From contig DASSFI010000080.1 in NCBI GenBank assembly GCA_035694465.1, positions 70,249-134,248 of the forward strand: a DNA stretch of 64,000 nucleotides. The letters are read 5' to 3'. The stretch is from Pyrinomonadaceae bacterium. GTDB lineage: Bacteria; Acidobacteriota; Blastocatellia; Pyrinomonadales; Pyrinomonadaceae. A program made the translations under genes and the position numbers. Shown one piece after another: positions 28,797 through 37,479 of the stretch. Positions within the stretch are counted from its first letter, which is position 1. The number at the start of each line of letters is the position of its first letter. The notes under the pieces are model-generated. The model saw only the letters and a list, made by a program, of their open reading frames with translations, was not told the origin of the DNA and ran no database searches.

Positions 28797-29525
28797 TTGG
28801 CACAGCAAGCGACATCAAACAACAAGCACGCGGGTAAACGTCTTCTCATAGCTGATGACGATACCGATATGAGACTTCTCCTGGCCGAGTATTTCCGGCG
28901 GCTGGGATTTCAAGTCGAAGAACGAGACAGCGGCAGCGCGGCCCTGGAAGCGACCATCGGCGGGAGATTCGATTGCTTTATCTTCGATGTTTCGATGCCG
29001 GGCATGTCAGGCATTGAACTGCTCAAACGCGTTCGCGACCGTGGCATTCAGACGCCGGCTCTGTTCCTGACTGCACACGATGCCCTGTCAGATAAAGTCG
29101 CGGGCTTCGAAGCGGGCGCAGACGACTATCTGGCGAAGCCATTCAGTCCGCGCGAGCTCGAGTATCGTGTCGAAGCTCTCCTGCGTCGTGGCGGAGCAGC
29201 GCCGCCGGAAACTGATGGCGAGCGCATTGAAGTTGGCGATCTCGTGATCGACAAGCGCCGTCATGAAGTTGTTCGCAACGGTTCGCGTGTCGACCTGACG
29301 CCGCTCGAATTCCAGATTCTCGAACTGCTTGCGTCCGAACCCGGACGCGCATGGTCCAGAAACGCTTTGCTGGATCGGGTCTGGAGCACCGACTACGAAG
29401 GCTATCAACGAAACATCGACCCACACATCAATCGTCTTCGTAAGAAGCTGGAAACAGATCCCAAGAACCCACGTTACGTGTTAACAGTCCGCGGAGTCGG
29501 CTACAAACTGAACGAGATTCCCTGA
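28797..29525 (+). CDS. OmpR-family response regulator
   Basis: Receiver domain (LLIADDD, FDVSMPGMSG, K in LAKPF) plus winged-helix C-terminus (TVRGVGYKL). TTG start. Confidence 0.85.
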   Translation: MAQQATSNNKHAGKRLLIADDDTDMRLLLAEYFRRLGFQVEERDSGSAALEATIGGRFDCFIFDVSMPGMSGIELLKRVRDRGIQTPALFLTAHDALSDKVAGFEAGADDYLAKPFSPRELEYRVEALLRRGGAAPPETDGERIEVGDLVIDKRRHEVVRNGSRVDLTPLEFQILELLASEPGRAWSRNALLDRVWSTDYEGYQRNIDPHINRLRKKLETDPKNPRYVLTVRGVGYKLNEIP

Positions 29526-29683
29526 TGCTCTGGTGGATCGGGACAGCGCTGATAGTGGCGTGGTTTATTCTCTGGATGATTGCTCCGCGCGGGTGGGCTC
29601 CGATGCTCCTGATATCCGGAATCAGCCTCATCATCATCGAGACCGCCGCCTATCGCAGAAGTAAAAGAGCGAAGCGTCGTTGA
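29525..29683 (+). CDS. Possible 52-aa two-TM mini-protein, translationally coupled to the response regulator
   Basis: The ATG overlaps the regulator's TGA (TGATG). Product is MLWWIGTALIVAWFILWMIAPRGWAPMLLISGISLIIIETAAYRRSKRAKRR. Below the ORF track cutoff. Confidence 0.45.
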   Translation: MLWWIGTALIVAWFILWMIAPRGWAPMLLISGISLIIIETAAYRRSKRAKRR

Positions 29684-29821
29684 ATTCGGACTGAATTCGT
29701 ACAACCTGCTGGCAAAATCGTCTTGACCTCACAACTTCCTTCGGCAACAATGCGCCTGTTTATGGCATCTTTTAACTGCTAACCGTTGCTCCCAATTTCG
29801 CAGATCAGGAGTTGTTTCACG

Positions 29822-31393
29822 ATGAGTTTGAGCCGTTTTGGTCGACACCTCGCTTTTGCGCTCAGTGCTTTTCTACTGTTTGCGTCGGTGGCAATTGCCC
29901 AGGGAGACCTTGAGCGAAAGACAGTGGCCATAACTTATCCGTTGGACGAAACCGTGACGGTCAAGTTTCGTGGAACGACGCTTTTGCCGCGGTTGAAGGG
30001 CGAGGCGAAGGTGAAACGCGCCGGGCGCCGTGGTACTCGCGTCGAGTTGAGTATCGACGATCTGCCGCGCGCGTCGGAGTTGGGTGGCATTTACACGACT
30101 TACATTCTCTGGGCCATCTCGCCTGATGGCCACGTCGACAGTCTTGGGGAAATCAAACGCAGCGGCAGCAGTTTCGTTAATTCAAAACTCGATGTCACCA
30201 CACCGCTTCAGACCTTCGCACTGATTCTTACTGCGGAGCCACACTTCCTGATGAAGGTTCCGAGCCGGATGGTGGTGATGGAAAATCTTCCGCCGCAGCG
30301 ACCAAACGGAAGTCAGGTTGAAACTGCGGACGTTCGTTATATCGGTAACTCCAGCGATTATTTTCGCGACGCTCGCGTTCCCGAGTTAGCCGACCAGGAT
30401 TACCGCACCACGCCAGTATCCCTGCTCGGTGCGCGCCAGGCCGTGAATCTGGCAAAGTACGCGGGAGCTGCTGGCGATGCGCCTGACGAATTGCAAACGG
30501 CTGAAGACCAGTTACAGGCCGCCGAGAAGGCGTGGCGCTTGAACCAGCCGATTGCTGAAGTCGATATGGAAGCGCGTCGAGCCACTTCGTCCGGCGCACA
30601 TGCGGAAGAAGTCGCGGTAGCACGAAAAGCAGCGCGGCTGCGTCGCGAAGAAATACGCCGTCGCGACGAGGCAGTCCGCAGCGCTGAACAAACCGCAGAA
30701 GCTTCGCAAAAAGAAGTCGCTCAATTGCGTACCGCACTCGAAAAAGAGCAGCGGGCACGCGAACTGGCCGAACGAGATGCCGGAACGGCAAACGATCAAC
30801 TACGTGAAAAGCGAGTCGAGATTGCACAACTCCGTGATGAGATCGCGTCGCTGCGTTCCGAGGGCGATGCGGCCAAACTGAAGCTCGCGCGTATGGAAGG
30901 TGAGAAGCAGGCCGAAACTGCGCGCGTTGACGCCGAACGACAGGCAACACAGAGGCGTGAAGCTGAAGCGAATCTGAAGGAAACGCTCGCGAAGTACGGC
31001 ACGCTCAAAGAAACTACAACCGGATTTCGTCTGGTACTGCCGGAGACGATTTGGACCAATACTCGAACGGCGACTCTCGCGGCAGCGTCATCTGCTAAAC
31101 TCGAACCGCTGGCCGCTTTGGTGGCCAGCAATCCTGATTACCAGATCCTGATCGAAGCTTACACTGACAACAAAGGTAACGAAGTTTCACTCCAGCAACT
31201 GACTCAGGAACGCGCGCGTGTGCTTTCGGATCGCTTCCAGTCAGCCGGCGTCGACCCAATGCGCATTCAGGCTAACGGCATGGGTGCTTCCAACCCGCTT
31301 GCGCCTAACACCACGGTTGCAGGCCAGAAAAAGAATCGCCGCGTCGAGATAACGTTTACGTCTCAGGTAGCAAAGAGTACGGCGGCGAACTGA
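29822..31393 (+). CDS. OmpA-family protein with signal peptide, DUF4398-like segment and long coiled coil
   Basis: Signal peptide ending VAIAQG. Ala/Glu/Arg/Gln-rich heptad region. C-terminal OmpA-like peptidoglycan-binding domain (NRRVEITF). Confidence 0.8.
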   Translation: MSLSRFGRHLAFALSAFLLFASVAIAQGDLERKTVAITYPLDETVTVKFRGTTLLPRLKGEAKVKRAGRRGTRVELSIDDLPRASELGGIYTTYILWAISPDGHVDSLGEIKRSGSSFVNSKLDVTTPLQTFALILTAEPHFLMKVPSRMVVMENLPPQRPNGSQVETADVRYIGNSSDYFRDARVPELADQDYRTTPVSLLGARQAVNLAKYAGAAGDAPDELQTAEDQLQAAEKAWRLNQPIAEVDMEARRATSSGAHAEEVAVARKAARLRREEIRRRDEAVRSAEQTAEASQKEVAQLRTALEKEQRARELAERDAGTANDQLREKRVEIAQLRDEIASLRSEGDAAKLKLARMEGEKQAETARVDAERQATQRREAEANLKETLAKYGTLKETTTGFRLVLPETIWTNTRTATLAAASSAKLEPLAALVASNPDYQILIEAYTDNKGNEVSLQQLTQERARVLSDRFQSAGVDPMRIQANGMGASNPLAPNTTVAGQKKNRRVEITFTSQVAKSTAAN

Positions 31394-31428
31394 TAGGCTC
31401 TATCCATGCATAGGACCTATTGATTTCG

Positions 31429-33468
31429 ATGTCCCCACTCGACCCGCTCGAAATATTACAGGTCATCGGTTACAGCATCGGCGCGTTGCTGCCGCTGTGG
31501 ATGCTGTTTCAGCTTGTCACTCACCGCAGCAAGTTAACCAGTATCGAACGACTACTGGCCCTCCTCGCTCTCACCATGGGAGGCTGGCACACCAGCAACC
31601 TGGTCGTCACTCTCCACGGCCTTTTCGATCTTGGTCCTGACACATGGACCACGTTGTTGCGCTTCGCAGACACGGTTGCCGTTGTCAGTATCACTTTTGC
31701 CTATTCGTTTTTACTTCACGTTCATCTTTACCTCTGGGCCAACTCACAGGGGCGGACGTTAAATAGAAGCGAACACATTCGCGTTTATCTCTCTTATGTC
31801 CCCACAATCTTTTTGGGCATCGCCGTGCCGCAACTGTGGACCGGCGAGTACGCCCCGATGTTCACGAAGCTCTCGTTCTTCGTGATCCCCTTCGCCTTCT
31901 GGATTGCGTATGTCCTGGGATTGATCGCGTTAACGGAGCTGCTGATCGCGCGAAAGAGCACGAACCGCGGCGAGAAGATAATCATGCGGACGCTCGCTTT
32001 CTCGTTTATCGGCGTCGGCGTGGTGATTTTTGCGGCCCTCGCAGCAGGCGTTGGCGAGGGAACTGTTGCCGGTCTCTACCTCAAGACGATCGCGAATCTC
32101 GGGTCGCTATTGCCTTCAGTTTTGCTGGCTTACTACATCTATCGTTATCGCTATCTCGAGATCATCATCGAAGAGAGTTTGATCGTAGTGACGTTTGCCA
32201 CGGTGGTCTTGACCGTTTACGTATTCGGCATTCGCACGATTGGCGACTGGATGACGCAGCGATACGGCGTTCGACCGGGTCTCGTAGAAGCTTTATTGAT
32301 CCTCGCGCTCGCTTTACTCGCGGCGCCATTACGCGGCTGGCTAGCCCAACGATTTCACAAGCTTTTCGAGCGCGAAGCGGCGCTCTACAAAGAGATTGTG
32401 GCTCGCATCGGTTCGTATGCAGGCCAGTACAAGGATTTATCCGACCTGTTGCATTTCGTAGAAGAACGAACGACAGGTGTGCTCGGACTACGACAACTAA
32501 AGATCTTTATCGAGGATGGTGAGAATCCATCCGAAGCCTGGGTCAAGCAGGTGCTCGAAAAATCGAAAGCGAATGCCTGGGAGGCAGTTGAAGATGAGCC
32601 CGCACTTACGGACCAGGGGTTCAAAATCGCTTATCCATTACGTCGTGAAGATAAGGTAGAGGGATTACTCGCGCTTGACGCGGCTTCTGCCAGTCTCACT
32701 CCCGATGCACGATCGATCATCGGGCTCCTTGCAGATCAGGTAGCGATCGCGATCAACGACTCAAGGCTAACGGAAGAAAACCTGCGACTGGAGCGAGAGC
32801 TTGCGGAACGTGAGCGTCTCGCATCACTCGGACGCATGGCCGCCACCGTCGCGCATGAGATCAAGAATCCTCTCTCCGCCATCAAGTCGATCGCCCAGGT
32901 GATGCGCGAAGATGAAAATCTCCGTAAGGAGTACGAACGTGATCTTGGTCTGATTGTTGGTGAAACCGATCGTCTCAGCCAGAGCGTGACACAGTTGTTG
33001 AGCTTTGCAAGAAAGGAAAGTCCTGCTGGGCAGCCATTGAGTGTTGATGAGTTGCTACGATCCGTAGTCGATCTTTTCAGGGCCAGTGCAAGAGAACAGG
33101 GAGTCGTTTTGGATTGCGAAGTTCAGGTCGAGACAGAGCTGGCGGGAAGATCTGTTTCAGCGTTGCGTGACGCACTCTCGAACCTCTTGCTCAACGCACT
33201 TCAGGCGACACCGCAAGGTGGTAAGGTTGAACTCGTGGCAGCCGCAGCCGGCAACGAGTTATTGATCAGCATTCAGGACAGCGGCTCGGGCGTGCCTGCG
33301 GATCTGCGCGAACGGATCTGGGAACCATTCTTCACCACTCGACAACGCGGCACCGGCTTGGGCTTGGCCATCGTTCGCAAACGTGTTCAGGAAGTCGGCG
33401 GCTCAGCCTCACTCGACGTCAGTCGCAACGGACGCGGCGCCCTTTTTCAATTGCGTCTTCCTCTTTAA
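31429..33468 (+). CDS. Multi-pass membrane sensor histidine kinase
   Basis: 6-7 N-terminal TM helices, a GAF-like region, H-box HEIKNPLSAI, N-box LLLNALQA and G-boxes DSGSGV and GTGLGL. Confidence 0.85.
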   Translation: MSPLDPLEILQVIGYSIGALLPLWMLFQLVTHRSKLTSIERLLALLALTMGGWHTSNLVVTLHGLFDLGPDTWTTLLRFADTVAVVSITFAYSFLLHVHLYLWANSQGRTLNRSEHIRVYLSYVPTIFLGIAVPQLWTGEYAPMFTKLSFFVIPFAFWIAYVLGLIALTELLIARKSTNRGEKIIMRTLAFSFIGVGVVIFAALAAGVGEGTVAGLYLKTIANLGSLLPSVLLAYYIYRYRYLEIIIEESLIVVTFATVVLTVYVFGIRTIGDWMTQRYGVRPGLVEALLILALALLAAPLRGWLAQRFHKLFEREAALYKEIVARIGSYAGQYKDLSDLLHFVEERTTGVLGLRQLKIFIEDGENPSEAWVKQVLEKSKANAWEAVEDEPALTDQGFKIAYPLRREDKVEGLLALDAASASLTPDARSIIGLLADQVAIAINDSRLTEENLRLERELAERERLASLGRMAATVAHEIKNPLSAIKSIAQVMREDENLRKEYERDLGLIVGETDRLSQSVTQLLSFARKESPAGQPLSVDELLRSVVDLFRASAREQGVVLDCEVQVETELAGRSVSALRDALSNLLLNALQATPQGGKVELVAAAAGNELLISIQDSGSGVPADLRERIWEPFFTTRQRGTGLGLAIVRKRVQEVGGSASLDVSRNGRGALFQLRLPL

Positions 33469-33469
33469 T

Positions 33470-33529
33470 CACAAAAAGCACAAGCTGATCTGAAAAGCAG
33501 TCTTGTTTTTCTTTGTGCCTTTTTGCGGC
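33470..33529. repeat. Family B inverted pair after the histidine kinase gene
   Basis: cacaaaaagcacaag ... cttgtttttctttgtgcctttttgcggc. Confidence 0.7.
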
Positions 33530-33607
33530 TACGCTTGGAACTTTATTGAGGCATGTGCGTGATAGCTTCCGACCTGGGGACCGCTATTTGATTGAAGGAG
33601 ACCGACA

Positions 33608-34228
33608 GTGATGAAGAAGCAGATTTTTCTGAGCGCGATGCTGCTCGCATTGTGCCTCGTCAGCAGCCTGACAGCTCAGGCACAGAACACAGATTCGGAC
33701 GAAGCTAATCTCGAGACACAGCTCTTTCTGATCGTGGGTACTAATCAGGACGTCGAAGACGCGCGACTGCCGGCGTCGCTCGATTCCGTCGTGAAGCAAT
33801 TGCGTGCGACTTTGCCATTCAAGAACTACCGGCTGGCCGCAACGTTGATCAATCGAGTGAAGAATGAAGGCCGTTTGGAGCTTAGCTGGATCGGTGGACC
33901 ACTCGCTTCACAATCGGGCGCTTCGTCGAATGTGACGCCGAGTTTTAGCCAGTTTAAAGTGCGGCAGGTAAAAATTTCGCGCAATAGTGAGAATCAAGCG
34001 GTCGTTCAGATGCTTGGTTTCAACTTTGGCGCTCGTGTTCCGGTTCAGACGCCGGGCGCAATCGCCGCGAATGGCGCAGTGGCGCCGTCGGTGAGCTACG
34101 AAAGCACGGGTGTTGCGACTGACATCAGCATGCGTGAGTCAGAACCGGTGATTGTCGGCACGCTCAACGTTGGCCCATCCGGCGATGCCATCATTCTGGT
34201 CGTCTCAGCAAAAAGAACACCGAGATAA
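33608..34228 (+). CDS. Secreted hypothetical protein
   Basis: GGAG upstream and signal peptide ...SSLTAQAQ. No recognisable domain. Sits between the kinase and the NtrC-type regulator. Confidence 0.6.
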   Translation: MMKKQIFLSAMLLALCLVSSLTAQAQNTDSDEANLETQLFLIVGTNQDVEDARLPASLDSVVKQLRATLPFKNYRLAATLINRVKNEGRLELSWIGGPLASQSGASSNVTPSFSQFKVRQVKISRNSENQAVVQMLGFNFGARVPVQTPGAIAANGAVAPSVSYESTGVATDISMRESEPVIVGTLNVGPSGDAIILVVSAKRTPR

Positions 34229-34242
34229 ACGCCGCCAAAGTG

Positions 34243-34258
34243 TGGCACGCAATGCGCT
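34243..34258 (+). promoter_or_regulatory. Sigma-54-like -24/-12 element (weak)
   Basis: TGGCACGcaatgcGCt has GG and GC at the canonical spacing, about 40 nt before the NtrC-type gene. The -12 TTGC is not conserved. Confidence 0.2.
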
Positions 34259-34261
34259 AGG

Positions 34262-34287
34262 AGTTTAGGGCCGCACGGCCCTAAACT
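34262..34287. other. Perfect 11-bp palindrome / stem-loop
   Basis: agtttagggcc gcac ggccctaaact, 10 nt upstream of the GTG at 34297. Confidence 0.6.
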
Positions 34288-34296
34288 ACTCAGGAA

Positions 34297-35748
34297 GTGA
34301 GAAAAGACGCGTTGCGATTAATGATTGTTGACGACGAGGAAGCCGCTCGCTACGGCATGCGACGAGCCCTCTCTACCCTTGGTTACAACATTACCGAAGC
34401 TGGTTCCGCCGAAGCCGCCCGCGCACTCCTAAAACAAACCGAACCCGATCTGCTGCTCCTCGATGTAAACCTACCCGGAATGAGCGGGCTCGACTTTCTG
34501 CGCGAGCTCAAAAGCTCAAACGGCAATGGACCACTCGTGATCATCGTCACCGCACACGGTTCCGAACGCATGGCCGTCGAAGCTGTCAAAGCCGGTGCTC
34601 ACGATTATCTATCAAAGCCGTTCGAACTCGACGATCTCCGCCTAGTCATCAAAAACGCCGCGGAAACAGTTCAACTTCGACGTGAAAATTATTCGTTGCG
34701 ACGCCGGATCGAGGTCGAACGTTCGCAGCGTGGCGCCCTCATCGGCAATTCAGACGCGATGCAGAAAGTGCGCGCGATGATCGACAAGGTGGCGGAGACT
34801 GATGCGACGGTGCTGGTGCGTGGCGAATCGGGTACGGGAAAAGAATTAGTCGCGCGTGAGCTTCACGAGCGCAACAGCGTGAGGCGCAATGCTTCCTTTG
34901 TGGCAGTGAATTGCGCGGCGTTACCTTCAGAACTCATCGAATCGGAGCTGTTTGGCCACGAAAAAGGTGCGTTTACGGGCGCAGCAGCACGTCGGGAAGG
35001 GAAGTTTGAACAGGCCGACAGCGGCACGTTGTTTCTCGATGAGATCGGCGATATGAGCTCCAACGTGCAGGCTAAATTACTGCGCGCGCTTGAAGAAAGA
35101 CGAATCGAGCGACTCGGTGCAAACGAATCGATTCCCGTCGACGTGCGCATCGTGAGTGCGACGCACCGGCCACTCGAACAGGAGATCACGAACGGCAATT
35201 TCCGCGCAGATCTCTTTTATCGTTTGCGCGTTGTCACAGTTGAGATTGCTCCGCTCCGCGAACGACGTGAGGACATTCCGCTGCTGGCAGAAACATTTGT
35301 TCGGCTTGCAGGCGAGCGTTATGAATTACCGCAACGGTCACTCAGCCAGGGCACGCTGAGACGCCTCGTTGAGTACAACTGGCCGGGCAACGTGCGCGAG
35401 TTGAAAAACACGATCGACCGCGCCGTGATCATGGCCGACGGTGACGAAATCGCGCCAAAAGACTTACCAGACGAGATTACGGCGGGAATGTCGAAAAACG
35501 GCATCGTCGAGACGGAGTCGGAAACTGACGGTTTGCAAGTCCCATTTACCGCGGATTTTCGCGAGGATCGACGTGAATTTGAGCGTCGCTACATCACGCG
35601 CTGCCTTGAGTACACGCAGGGAAACGTCACCCGCGCCGCCGAGATCCTGGACATGCACCGCCAGTCGTTGCAACATAAGTTACGCCAACTCGGCCTCGGC
35701 CGGCGCTACGTCTCGGTGAACGAGGCGCAAGATAATCCCGACAGTTGA
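34297..35748 (+). CDS. Sigma-54-dependent response regulator (NtrC family)
   Basis: Receiver domain, AAA+ sigma-54 activator core (GESGTGKE, ESELFGHEKGAFTGA) and C-terminal Fis-type HTH. Confidence 0.9.
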   Translation: MRKDALRLMIVDDEEAARYGMRRALSTLGYNITEAGSAEAARALLKQTEPDLLLLDVNLPGMSGLDFLRELKSSNGNGPLVIIVTAHGSERMAVEAVKAGAHDYLSKPFELDDLRLVIKNAAETVQLRRENYSLRRRIEVERSQRGALIGNSDAMQKVRAMIDKVAETDATVLVRGESGTGKELVARELHERNSVRRNASFVAVNCAALPSELIESELFGHEKGAFTGAAARREGKFEQADSGTLFLDEIGDMSSNVQAKLLRALEERRIERLGANESIPVDVRIVSATHRPLEQEITNGNFRADLFYRLRVVTVEIAPLRERREDIPLLAETFVRLAGERYELPQRSLSQGTLRRLVEYNWPGNVRELKNTIDRAVIMADGDEIAPKDLPDEITAGMSKNGIVETESETDGLQVPFTADFREDRREFERRYITRCLEYTQGNVTRAAEILDMHRQSLQHKLRQLGLGRRYVSVNEAQDNPDS

Positions 35749-35797
35749 AAGAAAAACATCAAGGCAACACTCGACGCAATCGTCCAAGCGGCTCAGG
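35731..35797 (+). repeat. Left copy of 67-bp direct repeat
   Basis: 59/67 identical, ungapped, to 37784-37850. Contains the real stop of the NtrC-type gene and a decayed copy (ATC for ATG) of the methyltransferase start. Confidence 0.85.
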
Positions 35798-37142
35798 ATT
35801 TCCTTGGCCGTCGCTGCACAGGCGTCCGATCTTTGAGTAAGTCTTTGTGTCTGGTATTGAGCGCGTGATTCAAATTCTGGTAGGTCATTCCCAAACTTCG
35901 CGCTGCGTAAGTGATGCTGCCCTGAAACACATCAAGCGCATGTTTTATTAGATCGTGCTCAACCGCGTGTATTTGCTCGTTTAGCGTGCGACCCGAAACC
36001 GGTTTCGCGGCCTCTACCACAACTAAGCGATCTCCTAACTCGCGAAATATAGTCAAGGCAACATCTGCGGCTCGGTTAAGATTTTCGATCTGCTCACACA
36101 GATCGAGCGCGCGCCGAAAACTAGCGAGGGCAACGCCATACTGTCCGAGGCGAGCCAAAGCCGTTCCATGTGTCGTCAATGCTTCAGCGAGCAATGATTG
36201 TCGATCACTGTCTTCAAAAATCCGCACGGACGCTCGTGCAACCTTTTCGGCTTCTTCATTTCGTTTCTCTTTGAGGAACACGCGAGCGCGCGTTTCATCA
36301 ACTTGTCCTGCCGCATATTTGTCTTTGAGGCTGTTAAAGATGCGTCGAGCCTGGTCCAGATGTTCATGAGCTTCCTGGCAATGATTAACTTTGTAAAGAA
36401 GAAAGCCGAGATTGTTCTCGACATTCGCTAAGTAACCTCTGTGATCTGCCTGTTCAAAGTGGTAACTTGCGGCAGCATATTCAACTAGAGAACGATCCAG
36501 ATATTCGCTTGGCCCGTTTGCATCCCATAGATTTTCCAGCACATCTCCAAGAGTTTGATGGTAGCAACCTTTAAGCGTCTCGTTATTTATCTTTTGAAAC
36601 AGAGCGGAACTCTTTGTGAGGATACGCAAGGCTTTATTTTGGTTGTCCGCCCTCTTTTCAATGATTGCTAATCGAAGCACTGCCCTTGCTCTTAACTCGC
36701 TGTCTGTGTTCAAACGTGACAGTGCTTGATTAAGCAGATCGCGAGCTTCATTTACTTCGCCAGTGCGCCAGTAGCAGAGAGCTAGTTCAGTTTGAGCTTC
36801 GGCTATTTTCTTGCGGTATTTGAGCGACTCAAAGGTCGTGAGGCTTTCACTGATTAGATTCTTTGATCTTTCGTGTGCATCTGCGATCTGATTCCTGCAA
36901 CCTATCCACCCAGTCAACACGCCTGCTCTTAAGAGAACCTCAGCACTGGTGCTTTGCTCCAAACCTGTGAGTCTCGGACGTTGGTCCATACGCGGCCAAA
37001 GATCGCTGAGCACTTCCCGCGCTTTGTCATATTCGCCTTTGTCCTCGAAGTCCTTCGCCAGTTCACAACAAAGCTCCGCACGTCCTCCCACGCTGAGGTT
37101 TGGATTTACTAACTCCCGTAAGAGTGAGGCCCGCAATGTCAT
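35793..37142 (-). CDS. TPR-repeat protein with C-terminal Fis-type helix-turn-helix
   Basis: Repeated A-x-x-x-Y/L-A helical pairs throughout. C-terminus GSITYAARSLGMTYQNLNHAL resembles NtrC/Fis HTH. ATG at 37142 chosen. Looks AT-richer than its neighbours by eye. Confidence 0.7.
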   Translation of the reverse strand: MTLRASLLRELVNPNLSVGGRAELCCELAKDFEDKGEYDKAREVLSDLWPRMDQRPRLTGLEQSTSAEVLLRAGVLTGWIGCRNQIADAHERSKNLISESLTTFESLKYRKKIAEAQTELALCYWRTGEVNEARDLLNQALSRLNTDSELRARAVLRLAIIEKRADNQNKALRILTKSSALFQKINNETLKGCYHQTLGDVLENLWDANGPSEYLDRSLVEYAAASYHFEQADHRGYLANVENNLGFLLYKVNHCQEAHEHLDQARRIFNSLKDKYAAGQVDETRARVFLKEKRNEEAEKVARASVRIFEDSDRQSLLAEALTTHGTALARLGQYGVALASFRRALDLCEQIENLNRAADVALTIFRELGDRLVVVEAAKPVSGRTLNEQIHAVEHDLIKHALDVFQGSITYAARSLGMTYQNLNHALNTRHKDLLKDRTPVQRRPRKS

Positions 37143-37213
37143 GTGAGAACTGCTTTTATTCAGAACGCAAGGAAGCTGAACCGCGCGCAAATCTTACGCA
37201 CTCACCCAGTCTC

Positions 37214-37242
37214 TTGCAAGAAAAGGTGCACTCGACTAGCTT
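37214..37242 (+). promoter_or_regulatory. Candidate sigma-70-type promoter for the 59-aa ORF
   Basis: TTGCAA (37214-37219), 17-nt spacer, TAGCTT (37237-37242). Confidence 0.25.
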
Positions 37243-37274
37243 CATGCAAATCTTCGCGTCTCATGCAAATTCTT
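37241..37274. promoter_or_regulatory. Two direct TCATGCAAAT(C/T)TCTT-type boxes (candidate operator)
   Basis: ttcatgcaaatctt at 37241-37254 and tcatgcaaattctt at 37261-37274, starting 19-20 nt apart. A partial gcaaatctt lies at 37187-37195. Confidence 0.4.
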
Positions 37275-37299
37275 TTACATCACTTGGGGAGGCTCACTC

Positions 37300-37479
37300 A
37301 TGTACACTCTACGCCAAACGTGCGCGGCATCTATCCTCAGCTTGGCGCTTGCGATCTCTGCCTTTGCTGGTCAAATAGATTCTCCCGGCTACGTACCATC
37401 GCCGCCACAGCCGCCGGCGGAAACGACGTCAAGCTTAACGATCACACTGATTCTTACGGTCACTAGTTTGATTCGTTAA
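37300..37479 (+). CDS. 59-aa signal-peptide ORF (candidate secreted or anchored peptide)
   Basis: GGGGAGG 7 nt before the ATG. Product is MYTLRQTCAASILSLALAISAFA/GQIDSPGYVPSPPQPPAETTSSLTITLILTVTSLIR, with an AxA cleavage-like site. One codon under the ORF track cutoff. Confidence 0.4.
   Translation: MYTLRQTCAASILSLALAISAFAGQIDSPGYVPSPPQPPAETTSSLTITLILTVTSLIR

Noticed and set aside
28798-28813. TGGCAC at the response-regulator start as a sigma-54 promoter
   Set aside because: No GC or TTGC at the -12 spacing, and the site overlaps the start codon itself.
30228-30950. 240-aa antisense ORF, plus other long alternative-frame ORFs (for example 31836-32522, 39073-39690, 56889-57563, 61694-62398, 17252-17851, 15184-15693)
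   Set aside because: All are embedded in genes with strong family signatures on the other frame or strand. Their products are Arg/Pro/Ser-rich with no motifs.
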